DNA of 32,557 nucleotides from Planctomycetota bacterium (lineage in GTDB: Bacteria; Planctomycetota; Planctomycetia; JALXBF01), in NCBI GenBank assembly GCA_026991575.1, contig JALXBF010000190.1, positions 1 through 32,557 of the forward strand, given 5' to 3'. The notes under the pieces are model-generated. The model did not search any database. It was not told the DNA's origin and worked only from the letters and a program-made list of their open reading frames with translations. The first letter of the stretch is position 1; each line of letters begins with the position of its first letter. This document shows positions 9,391-18,162 of this stretch, in pieces. A program made the translations under genes and the position numbers.

Positions 9391-10398
9391 ATGAGCCGCT
9401 ATCGGCTATTCGATCGAAGCCGTCTGCAGGTGCGGCCGCTGAGCGAGCGGCGGAGCCTGGTGAGTTGGGGCGACCTGATCTATCCGGACATCACGCCGCC
9501 GGAGGCTTCCTGCCCAGGAGGACTGCCCGAGGTAGCAGCTGCCGTCCTGGAGGCGCGCCGGCGCGGCCGGCCAGTGATCCTGTTCTTCGGCGGACATGTC
9601 ATCAAGCAAGGTCTTGGCCCCGTCCTCGCCGACCTCGTCCGCCGTGGTTTCGTCACGCACCTGGCCACGAACGGCTCCGGTCTTATCCATGACTTTGAGC
9701 TCGCACGGCACGGGGCAACGAGCGAGCCGGTGCCGGAGACGATCCGCGATGGTCGCTTCGGCCTGTGGCTGGAAACGTCAGAACTGAACCGGATCGTTCG
9801 CTCGGCTGCATCCGAAGGCGAAGGCGTCGGTGAAGCGGTGGGGCGTGAGATTGCGATGGGCAGCATGCCATACCCGCACCTGAGCGTGTTCGCCGCGGCG
9901 TGGCAGGAGGGGGTACCGGCGACGGTTCATGTGGCCATTGGCCAGGACATTGTTCATGAGCATCCGAACTGCGACGGGGCAGCGTGGGGAGCCGCGTCGT
10001 ACGTGGACTTCTTGATCTTTGCCGCTGCCGTTGAACGGCTGGAGGGAGGCGTGTTCCTCAATGTTGGCTCAGCTGTAGCCGGTCCGGAGGTCTACCTGAA
10101 AGCTCTGGCCATGGCGCGCAACGCGGCAGCCCAACAGGGACGCTCTATCGCGCGGTTCACAACGGCCGTGTTTGACATCATCCCCCTGGCGGAGAACTGG
10201 CGCGAGGGCACACCGCCGCCGGACCAACCCGGCTACTACTTCCGGCCATGGAAGACGATCCTCGTGCGAACGGTAGCGGACGGTGGCCGGAGCTACTACG
10301 TACAGGGTGAACACCGGGTCACGCTACCGTGGCTGGACTTCCTGCTCAGGCAGCGCGACGGAGTTCAGGAAGACCACCACGGCGCACAAGCTGCCTGA
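9391..10398 (+). CDS. Conserved hypothetical protein, deoxyhypusine-synthase-like fold (GSU2086-like)
   Basis: GGHVIKQGL, HLATNGSGLIHDFE, PATVHVAIGQDIVHEHP, NVGSAVAGPEVYLKAL, GEHRVTLP; RBS AGGAG before ATG 9391. Family recognised from memory, function unknown. Confidence 0.7.
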   Translation: MSRYRLFDRSRLQVRPLSERRSLVSWGDLIYPDITPPEASCPGGLPEVAAAVLEARRRGRPVILFFGGHVIKQGLGPVLADLVRRGFVTHLATNGSGLIHDFELARHGATSEPVPETIRDGRFGLWLETSELNRIVRSAASEGEGVGEAVGREIAMGSMPYPHLSVFAAAWQEGVPATVHVAIGQDIVHEHPNCDGAAWGAASYVDFLIFAAAVERLEGGVFLNVGSAVAGPEVYLKALAMARNAAAQQGRSIARFTTAVFDIIPLAENWREGTPPPDQPGYYFRPWKTILVRTVADGGRSYYVQGEHRVTLPWLDFLLRQRDGVQEDHHGAQAA

Positions 10399-11452
10399 GC
10401 GCCGCATGCAAGAGCTTCGCCCCGCTACCTAGCCTCAGTTCGATCCGCAGCGCATACAGCGGTAGCTCGCCCAGAGCACGCGGTGGCAACTTGACCAGGT
10501 CCTTTTCCGTGGTCACCGCGCAGTCCGCGCTGACATCGGAAGCCAGGCGGGCCAGGTGGGTCAGGTCCGCACGACCATAGCGATAGTGGTCGGGGAAGAC
10601 AACCTTCTCTACCACGCGGCAGCCGATCTCTTCGAGCTGCTGGAAGAACGCCCTGGGATTGCCGATTCCGCAGAAGGCAAGGACCCGACGGTACTGCTTC
10701 ACTTCGGCCACGGCCAGGTGCGGGCCACCACCGGCAGGCACCCATCCCAGCGGTTCCACGGCCGCCTCCACCAGCGGCTTGTTGCCCGACAGGCGGCTGA
10801 GCTGCTGACGCAGTTCGAACCGGCGGCGCGTGGTCACCTGCTCGCCACGCGTCAGCACAACGAAGTCGGCTCGCCGCAGAGCGGTGGCCGGCTCGCGCAA
10901 GAGCCCCCTCGGCAGCAGTGCCCCGTGACCGAATGGATTCGTGGCATCCACCACGACGATGTCCAGATCACGATGCAGTCGACGATGCTGAAAGCCGTCG
11001 TCCAACAGCAGGACGGCCGGTGCGAAGTGTTCCTCGGCATACTGCGCCAGCGCGACGCGATCACGGCCCTGGAGTTGAACGGCCGACGGCGCCAGTCGTT
11101 TGAGCACCTGACCTTCGTCGTTCAGTTTCCCGTCGCGGCCCCCACCATAGCCCCGACTCAACACCACCGGTCGTATCCCGTGCCGCCACAGCCAGCGGGC
11201 GAGGTAAGCGACCAGCGGCGTCTTGCCTGTGCCCCCAGTCGTGATGTTCCCCACACTCACCACCGGCAGGCCGGCCCGGTACATTCCCTTGAAGCCATGG
11301 TCGTAGAGCCAGTTGCGGACCGCCACGCCCGACCGGTAGCCCACCGACAGGGCACTGAGAAGACCGTGCGCAAGCCGTTTCGCTGAGCCCGGCGCCGGAT
11401 CGCTGACCAGCTTCAGATACCCGCGACGCAATGCTGGGAAGCGGCTCGACAT
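10346..11452 (-). CDS. lpxK: Tetraacyldisaccharide 4'-kinase
   Basis: PVVSVGNITTGGTGKTP, LSRGYG, LLDDGFQHRRLHRD, LLPRGLLREP, FCGIGNP, TTEKDLVKL. Confidence 0.97.
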   Translation of the reverse strand: MSSRFPALRRGYLKLVSDPAPGSAKRLAHGLLSALSVGYRSGVAVRNWLYDHGFKGMYRAGLPVVSVGNITTGGTGKTPLVAYLARWLWRHGIRPVVLSRGYGGGRDGKLNDEGQVLKRLAPSAVQLQGRDRVALAQYAEEHFAPAVLLLDDGFQHRRLHRDLDIVVVDATNPFGHGALLPRGLLREPATALRRADFVVLTRGEQVTTRRRFELRQQLSRLSGNKPLVEAAVEPLGWVPAGGGPHLAVAEVKQYRRVLAFCGIGNPRAFFQQLEEIGCRVVEKVVFPDHYRYGRADLTHLARLASDVSADCAVTTEKDLVKLPPRALGELPLYALRIELRLGSGAKLLHAALRQLVRRGGLPELRRAA

Positions 11453-11569
11453 CTGGCCTCCGTCCCACGAACGCTCCCGCGGTCCCTTCCTTAGGATCGG
11501 TCTCCACTTCTATCGGACACCGGTCTGCTTGTAAAGAGGGGGTCAGATCGCAGACTCGACCGATCTGCG

Positions 11570-11598
11570 TTGACCAACTCAGGCCGACCGGCTAGATC
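11570..11598 (+). promoter_or_regulatory. Candidate sigma-70 promoter of the hldE operon
   Basis: TTGACC-17 nt-TAGATC, 43 nt upstream of the hldE ATG. Confidence 0.35.
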
Positions 11599-11641
11599 AG
11601 AGCCGGAGCCCTTTGGCAAACCTTGAGCAACCGGTATCGCA

Positions 11642-13138
11642 ATGAGCCAGCATCGATTGCTTCGGTCACTTGAGCAGCTTGGTCGACCCCGCGTTTTGGT
11701 CGTGGGCGATCTGATCCTGGACCGTTACACCTGGGGCAACGCAGAGCGTGTCTCTCAGGAGGCCCCGGTCGTCGTACTTCGTGTCGACGATCATGAGTGC
11801 CGCCCGGGCGGCGCAGCCAACGTCGCCCAGATGGTTGCCGCCCTGGGCTGCACGCGCGTGACGGCCGTCGGCGTCATCGGCGATGACGGGGACGGCGACA
11901 CGTTAGAGCGATTGCTCTTGGCTCGAGGCATCGACGCTCAGCTTGTCCGTGATCGCAGCCGGCCAACTACGGTGAAGGAACGGTTCATCGGCAAAGCCCA
12001 ATCACGCCACCCTCACCAGATTCTGCGCGTCGACCGCGAGTGTACCGAGCCGGTGGCCGGCGCGATTGAGGACGCCTTACTGCAGCGTCTGGAACCGGCC
12101 GTCCGCAGCCACGACGTGGTGCTGGTCTCCGATTACCGCAAGGGGGTATGCACGTCCCGGCTGCTGGCCCATCTGATCAGCACCGCTCGGGATCAGGGCA
12201 TCCCGGTCCTGGTTGACCCGGGCCGTGGTGCGGCCCCGGACTTGTATCGGGGTTGCAGTTTGCTGAAGCCGAATCGATCCGAAACGGCAGCGGTTCTGGG
12301 GCGGGCGATTGCTTCGATCGAAGACGCAAAACAGGCGGCATCGGAACTGGTGCGCGCGCTCGAGCTGGACGCGGCCGTTGTGACGCTCGATCGGGACGGC
12401 ATGGTGCTCGCCACGAACTCCGGCGAGCTGACCCATTTTCCCACCAGAACCCGAAACGTCTATGACATTACCGGCGCAGGCGACATGGTCCTGGCTGCGC
12501 TTGGTGTGTTCTTTTCAGGGGGGGCATCACTGGCCGACGCCGTGCAGCTGGCTAACGTTGCGGCCGGCATCGAGGTGGAGAAGATTGGGGTTGTGCCTGT
12601 GGTGCGCGAGGAGATTGCGGCCGAGCTTGCGCGCCGAACGGCACACAGCGGCAGGAAGCTCGTCGATCTAGCAGAGCTCAAAGAAGAGGTAGCCCGGCGC
12701 CGTCAGGCCGGACAGCGCATTGTGTTCACCAATGGCTGCTTCGACCTGCTTCACGTGGGACATTTGCAATACCTCCAGGCTGCGCGCGCCCTTGGTGACT
12801 GCCTGATCGTTGCGATCAATTCCGACCGCAGCGTACGTCGGCTCAAGGGTCCGGACCGGCCTGTGATCGGAGAGCGGGACCGGGCTCAGCTTCTGGCCGG
12901 TCTGGAGTGTGTCGACTACGTGGTCGTCTTCGACGAAGAGACCCCTCACCGGCTGTTGCGTGAGCTGCGGCCAGACGTGCTGGTCAAAGGGGGCACTTAC
13001 CGTGAGGACCAGGTTGTGGGCCGTGAGGTCGTGCTGGGTTACGGGGGAGAGGTCGTCGTGGGACCGGTGATACCAGGATTGTCAACCACGGCGATCGTGG
13101 AACGGATTCGCTCGAGCAACCGGCGCCGCGTCGCCTGA
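11642..13138 (+). CDS. hldE: Bifunctional heptose 7-phosphate kinase / heptose 1-phosphate adenylyltransferase
   Basis: PfkB domain (VVGDLILDRY, GGAANVA, KPNRSE, DITGAGD) fused to a cytidylyltransferase-like domain (FTNGCFDLLHVGH, NSDRSVRRLKG, KGGTY, STTAIVERI). Confidence 0.96.
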   Translation: MSQHRLLRSLEQLGRPRVLVVGDLILDRYTWGNAERVSQEAPVVVLRVDDHECRPGGAANVAQMVAALGCTRVTAVGVIGDDGDGDTLERLLLARGIDAQLVRDRSRPTTVKERFIGKAQSRHPHQILRVDRECTEPVAGAIEDALLQRLEPAVRSHDVVLVSDYRKGVCTSRLLAHLISTARDQGIPVLVDPGRGAAPDLYRGCSLLKPNRSETAAVLGRAIASIEDAKQAASELVRALELDAAVVTLDRDGMVLATNSGELTHFPTRTRNVYDITGAGDMVLAALGVFFSGGASLADAVQLANVAAGIEVEKIGVVPVVREEIAAELARRTAHSGRKLVDLAELKEEVARRRQAGQRIVFTNGCFDLLHVGHLQYLQAARALGDCLIVAINSDRSVRRLKGPDRPVIGERDRAQLLAGLECVDYVVVFDEETPHRLLRELRPDVLVKGGTYREDQVVGREVVLGYGGEVVVGPVIPGLSTTAIVERIRSSNRRRVA

Positions 13139-13161
13139 GCGGTTCAACATGGGCAGCATCG

Positions 13162-14226
13162 ATGAAGATAGCCGTCTTTTGCCCGAACTGGGTCGGTGAT
13201 GCAGTCATGGCAACGCCGGCCCTGCGCGCGCTGCGAAACAGTTTCCGCAACGCGTGGATCATCGGCGTGATGCGTCCGGTCGTGGCCGACGTGCTGGAGG
13301 GTTTGCCGTACTTCGACGCCCGTGTGCTGTGGCATCCGAAGTCGTCCGCCGCGCATTGCCGCACGATGCGCACCTGGCGTGTGTTGCGCAGCATGCGACC
13401 CGACGTTGCGCTGCTGCTAACCAACTCTTGCCGCTCAGCCCTGCTGGCCGCTGCCGCCGGGATCCGCCGCCGCATCGGCTATGCCCGGGACGGCCGTAGC
13501 TGGTTGCTCACGGAACGACTGCACGCACCACGCGAACGAGGCCGCTGGCTGCCAATCCCCCAGGTCGAATACTACCTCCGCATCACCGATCGGCTCGGCT
13601 GCCGCCGCTTTGGGCTACGGCTAGAGCTGCGCACGACGGCACGAGATGAGGCAGAAGCGGACGAACTCTGGCGACGCGAACGACTGGAACGCGCTGCCAA
13701 TGTGGTCGTCTTCAATCCCGGATCGGCCTATGGCCCGGCCAAGCGCTGGCCGGAACGGTACTTCGCAGAACTGGCACGGATGTTCGTCAAGCGGCACCAC
13801 GTCCACGTCCTGGTGCTGTGCGGGCCACAGGAAAGGGACCTTGCGCGGGCGATCGTGCGCGCAGCCGACCACCCAGCCGTCCGCTCGCTGGCCAACTACA
13901 CCCCCAGGATCGGCCTTTCCAAGGCATGCGTCCGCCGCGCGGCCCTGATGATCACGACCGACTCCGGACCACGCCACTTCGCCGCCGCCTTCGACGTCCC
14001 AGTCGTGACCCTCTTCGGCCCAACGCACATCCAGTGGACCGAAACGTTCTACGACAAGGCGCTCCACCTGCAGCGCGAGGTGCCCTGCGGACCGTGCCAG
14101 CTGCGCGACTGTCCTCTGGACCACCGCTGCATGCGTGAGCTGGAGCCGGCCACCGTATTCAAACTGGCTAGCCGATTCTGGCTCCAAACGCAGTATAAGC
14201 TTCAGAGGAAGCGAATGACTGCATGA
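13162..14226 (+). CDS. waaF: Lipopolysaccharide heptosyltransferase II (GT9)
   Basis: PNWVGDAVMATP, NPGSAYGPAKRWP, TTDSGPRHFAAA, LFGPT, CGPCQLRDCP. Confidence 0.92.
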   Translation: MKIAVFCPNWVGDAVMATPALRALRNSFRNAWIIGVMRPVVADVLEGLPYFDARVLWHPKSSAAHCRTMRTWRVLRSMRPDVALLLTNSCRSALLAAAAGIRRRIGYARDGRSWLLTERLHAPRERGRWLPIPQVEYYLRITDRLGCRRFGLRLELRTTARDEAEADELWRRERLERAANVVVFNPGSAYGPAKRWPERYFAELARMFVKRHHVHVLVLCGPQERDLARAIVRAADHPAVRSLANYTPRIGLSKACVRRAALMITTDSGPRHFAAAFDVPVVTLFGPTHIQWTETFYDKALHLQREVPCGPCQLRDCPLDHRCMRELEPATVFKLASRFWLQTQYKLQRKRMTA

Positions 14227-14257
14227 TGTCCTAAGCAGCTCGGATGGAACGCGCCAC

Positions 14258-15208
14258 ATGGTAACGCTTACCCTGGTTCGCTACGGCGACCTCCCGTACA
14301 ACATCGACTACAACCCGATTACCGGCGACCTGCTCTTCGTACACGCCAAGGTCCTGGAACAGCTTCTGCTGCGTGGCTGGACGACGATCGACCGGGTCTT
14401 TCGGATCCCGGCCACGTTGATCCAGGCCGGCCATGGTCAACGTGACCTGGCTCGCCTGACCCTGCCGGAACTGAAGGAACGTGCCTACCTGAAGCGCGAG
14501 CTGGGAACCTACCGCAAGGACCGTCTGAGCGCGTTCGTGCTGGCCGGCCGATACACGACGAAGTGCGTCCAGGAGTTTGTGGCTCTGCGTCACCTCCGGC
14601 GCCATGGCGTGACCGTGCCCAGCCCCCTGGCACTGTGGTTGCATCGTAACGGCAGCCGCGTGCAGGCAGCGTTGCTGTTGGAGGAGCTTCGCGATTACGA
14701 GCCACTGGACCTCGAGCTTGCGCGGGCCCGGAGAGCGTTGCGGGAACGTCCGGAACAGCTCGATCGCATCGCGTGCGCACTGGCGGAGTTCGTCGCGCGT
14801 GTGCACGATGCTCTGGTTCACGATCCGGACCTGTTCGCCTGGCATGTGCTGGTGCGCGCCTCGCGGCTCGGCGATGATTCGATCTGCCCCGACGACTTCG
14901 CGCTCATCGACCTGCAACGCGCACTGGTCCTTGCCTGGAAACCGTGCTGCGTGCGGCGGGCGCGCGATATCGCCGCGCTGTTCGCCTCCATTGACGACGA
15001 CTGCTTTCCCGCCGAAAGCCGCCGCCGTTTCCTGGCACACTACTTCGAAACGGCTCGCCCCAGAGACCCCTGGCGCCCCATCTTCCCGCGCGTGCTCGCT
15101 CGACGCATCGCACGCTGGCGCAGCCGTCGCAAGGTCCGCGAGGCCCTCCAGCTGCAGCAAGACATCGCCCAAGAGGTCAGCGAACCATCCGTAACCCAGG
15201 CGTCATGA
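14258..15208 (+). CDS. Lipopolysaccharide kinase (Kdo/WaaP/InaA family), divergent copy
   Basis: AYLKRE, EFVALRHLRRHGVTVPSPLA, LLLEEL, HDPDLFAWHVL, LIDLQRA, RARDIAAL; within the LPS operon. Confidence 0.8.
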   Translation: MVTLTLVRYGDLPYNIDYNPITGDLLFVHAKVLEQLLLRGWTTIDRVFRIPATLIQAGHGQRDLARLTLPELKERAYLKRELGTYRKDRLSAFVLAGRYTTKCVQEFVALRHLRRHGVTVPSPLALWLHRNGSRVQAALLLEELRDYEPLDLELARARRALRERPEQLDRIACALAEFVARVHDALVHDPDLFAWHVLVRASRLGDDSICPDDFALIDLQRALVLAWKPCCVRRARDIAALFASIDDDCFPAESRRRFLAHYFETARPRDPWRPIFPRVLARRIARWRSRRKVREALQLQQDIAQEVSEPSVTQAS

Positions 15209-15218
15209 TGGGCCGAGC

Positions 15219-16157
15219 ATGGAAGCACGGCCAATGCTTGAAGCAACTGGCCAAAGCGACTGCCCCACCGAAGCGCCGCGGCCGTTCGCGGCCTTGCGCC
15301 ACCCGGTCGACGTGTTCCGTTTGCCCTTCGGATGCCAGCCACCCCGCTGGCTCAATCGCCAGCTCATGGCACTGCCTCTTGCCGACCGTTATCACGCCAA
15401 GCAGGGGCGATCGACCGCTGCCTGGGTCACGCCGGACAGCGGCAGACGCGTGTTCGTGAAACGCCACTATCGGTTCCCACTCTCGATCCGTGCCCTGGCG
15501 GTCGCCGCCCCGCAACGCGCCTGGTCGCCCGCCTTCAGGGAGTGGTCGGGACTGCTGCTGGCCGCCTGCGCCGGTGTGCGTGTACCGGCACCGGTGGCTG
15601 CAGCACAGTTTGTCGGTCCGGGGCTGCGCCTGCAGAGCGTGTTGGTGGTTGAGGAACTGCATGGCTACCTACCGGCGCACGAGTGGCTGGTCGAAGCACG
15701 CAGCCGGCTCAGCTTGGAACGCTGGCACGATCTGGCTGAGCAGCTGATGGCCGCGGCGGGCCGGACAGCAGCCAGGCTGCATCGGGCGCGGCTCTTCCAC
15801 AAGGACCTCTACCTTTGCCACTTCTTTGTGCCCGAGACCCGGCTGGCGCATGGTTGGATCGCCCCCGCCGATATCGTGCTGATCGACTTCCATCGCCTCA
15901 GCCGCCACCGCACTGGCTATCTACACTGGCTGATCAAGGACCTTGCCCAGTTGTTGTATTCGGCACGTGAAGCCGGGGTGCCCGGCCATGCCATCGAGCG
16001 TTTCTTCGACACGTACTGGCCCGCAGCGGGCTGGCCGGCATCGTCTCGGCCCGTACTGCGCTACCTGGCCGAACGGAAAGCCCGCCGGTACTGGGCACAT
16101 AACGAAAAACACGGCACGCTTTGGCGGCCGCCCGACCTGGCGAAGGATGCGGCCTGA
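15219..16157 (+). CDS. Lipopolysaccharide core heptose kinase (WaaP/RfaP-like)
   Basis: VFVKRH, AFREW, VVEEL, FHKDLYLCHFF, LIDFHRL, IKDLAQLLYS. Confidence 0.85.
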   Translation: MEARPMLEATGQSDCPTEAPRPFAALRHPVDVFRLPFGCQPPRWLNRQLMALPLADRYHAKQGRSTAAWVTPDSGRRVFVKRHYRFPLSIRALAVAAPQRAWSPAFREWSGLLLAACAGVRVPAPVAAAQFVGPGLRLQSVLVVEELHGYLPAHEWLVEARSRLSLERWHDLAEQLMAAAGRTAARLHRARLFHKDLYLCHFFVPETRLAHGWIAPADIVLIDFHRLSRHRTGYLHWLIKDLAQLLYSAREAGVPGHAIERFFDTYWPAAGWPASSRPVLRYLAERKARRYWAHNEKHGTLWRPPDLAKDAA

Positions 16158-16180
16158 GCAGATCGTGCGGGAGCAAGCCG

Positions 16181-17350
16181 ATGAGAGTGGCCATCGTGAT
16201 ACGCAGGCTGGATCCCGGTCGAGGGGGGGCTGAGGTCTGGACCGCTCAGCTCGTCCGTTCCCTGCTTGCCGACGGCCACAGCGTGACGGTCATCTCCGAG
16301 CAGCTCGCGTTGGAGCCAGCGCAGCGCCTGGAGTTTCTCCGGATCCGCTTAACCCGCAGGACGCACGACGGCCGCCGGTTGGAGTTCGCAGCTAAGGCGG
16401 CGGCGGCCGCCCGGCGGCTCGCAGCCGATGTCACACACGATCAGGGAGATGGCTGGTACGGCGATCTGTTTCAGCCGCACGGTGGCACTCGGAAGGCGTC
16501 GCTTGAGCACAGCCTGCGCCGGCTTCCTCCGATGCTGCGCCCCTGGAAGCGGGCCGCCGTGGCTGTGCTGCCTCGGTACCGTGTCCATCGCTATCTGGAA
16601 GCACGCCAATACGCGCAGGCCGAGACGATCTATGTCGCGGTCTCCGAGCTGGTCGCACAGCGGATGGTGGCCGACTACGGCATCGATCCTGACCGGATCC
16701 GGGTAGTTTACAACGGCGTGGATACCAGGCGGTTCTGTCCCGGTGTCATGGCCACGGCCGGCACGGAGCTGCGTGCCCGGATCGGTGCCGGACCACGGAC
16801 CACCGTCTTTGCGCTGGTGGCCACCAACTTCGCGCTGAAAGGCGGACCACAGCTCATCGAAGCGTTCGCCCGTCTGCTACGTCGCGGTCACGACGCGCGT
16901 CTGATCGTTGCCGGTACCTGTCCAGCGCTTCCACAACGATGGCTCTACTGGCGGCGCGGTCTGCTTCGCCATGTCTTCTTCACCGGTCCGCTGGTAGACC
17001 CGCGTCCGATCTACGCAGCAGCCGACGTGTACGTCCATCCCACGTTTGGCGACGCGTGCAGCCTGGTGGTTCTGGAGGCGATGGCGATGGGGCTGCCCGT
17101 GATCACGACGTCGGCCAACGGAGCAGCGAAGCTGGTGGAGCGGTTCGAAGCCGGCGCGGTACTGCGTGACCCTGCCGACATCGACGCACTGGCTCGCGTC
17201 CTGGAACTGGCGTGTCGGTGGGAGTGGCGTTTTGCGCACGCAGCGGCTGCCAGAGCCGCCAGGCCCTGGCTCGACTGGCAGCGCAACTACCGCGCTATCA
17301 TCTCGCTCTACGAACAGGTCGTACGCCGCAAGCAACGGTTGGCCGGCTAG
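16181..17350 (+). CDS. Glycosyltransferase family 4 (WaaG-like LPS core glycosyltransferase)
   Basis: MRVAIVIRR..GGAE, VYNGVD, NFALKG, YAAADVYVHPT..DACSLVVLEAMAMGLPVITT. Confidence 0.9.
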   Translation: MRVAIVIRRLDPGRGGAEVWTAQLVRSLLADGHSVTVISEQLALEPAQRLEFLRIRLTRRTHDGRRLEFAAKAAAAARRLAADVTHDQGDGWYGDLFQPHGGTRKASLEHSLRRLPPMLRPWKRAAVAVLPRYRVHRYLEARQYAQAETIYVAVSELVAQRMVADYGIDPDRIRVVYNGVDTRRFCPGVMATAGTELRARIGAGPRTTVFALVATNFALKGGPQLIEAFARLLRRGHDARLIVAGTCPALPQRWLYWRRGLLRHVFFTGPLVDPRPIYAAADVYVHPTFGDACSLVVLEAMAMGLPVITTSANGAAKLVERFEAGAVLRDPADIDALARVLELACRWEWRFAHAAAARAARPWLDWQRNYRAIISLYEQVVRRKQRLAG

Positions 17351-18009
17351 CTGCGGCCACGGCCGAACTCGAGCCGGTGCTCCGCACCACTCAAGAGCCG
17401 GCGGATGTTGTGGCGATGCTTGTACAGGATAAGCACCGCCGCGAAGAACAGGAACCAGGTCACGGTGCGGTGTTCGCGTGCGAAGGGTGAAGGCGTGAAG
17501 AACAGGTAGCTTGCGATGTAACCGGCCGTGCCCGTGAGGGTCCCGAGGCTGGAGTAGCGGGTGACAGCGACGACGAGGACGTAGCAGACCGCCGCCACCA
17601 GCACCGCCTTCGGTGCCAGCACGGCCCCAACCCCCAAGCCTGTTGCACCTCCCTTTCCCCCCCTGAACCGCAGCCACACCGGGAACATGTGCCCGAGGAT
17701 CGCGCTCAGTGCCACCAGTACCGGCAAATCCGCCTGGGCAAACACCCCAACGGAAGGCACCAGCCGGAGCACAAGCCAGGGCAGAGCAAGCGTGGGCACC
17801 GCCCCTTTCAGCGCATCAATGGCAAGCACCGCCACGCCCCATCGCCAGCCGCAGACACGGGCAACGTTGGTAGCTCCGATGTTCCCGCTAGCATACTGGC
17901 GCAGATCAACGCCTGCGACTGCGCGAGCAACGAGCAGACCGGTCGGTACGCTGCCGCACAGGTAGCCCACCGCACAACAGCCGATTGTAAGCCAGATCAG
18001 CTCCGTCAT
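17347..18009 (-). CDS. plsY: Glycerol-3-phosphate acyltransferase PlsY
   Basis: YLCGSVPTG, SGNIGATNVAR, DALKG, GHMFPVWLRFRGGKG, HRHNIRRL. Confidence 0.95.
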   Translation of the reverse strand: MTELIWLTIGCCAVGYLCGSVPTGLLVARAVAGVDLRQYASGNIGATNVARVCGWRWGVAVLAIDALKGAVPTLALPWLVLRLVPSVGVFAQADLPVLVALSAILGHMFPVWLRFRGGKGGATGLGVGAVLAPKAVLVAAVCYVLVVAVTRYSSLGTLTGTAGYIASYLFFTPSPFAREHRTVTWFLFFAAVLILYKHRHNIRRLLSGAEHRLEFGRGRS

Positions 18010-18162
18010 GGCATGGCAACGTTCTGTTAGACTCTTGGCCGGTACCCTTTATCCTACTGTCTCCCCAAGCAACCGCTGGAGTCGCTTCCCTGGGCGGTGA
18101 CAAGAACTCGGCGGCATCGGCGAGCCACAGCGTGTGTGTGCGACTGAGTGAGGCAGGTATCG

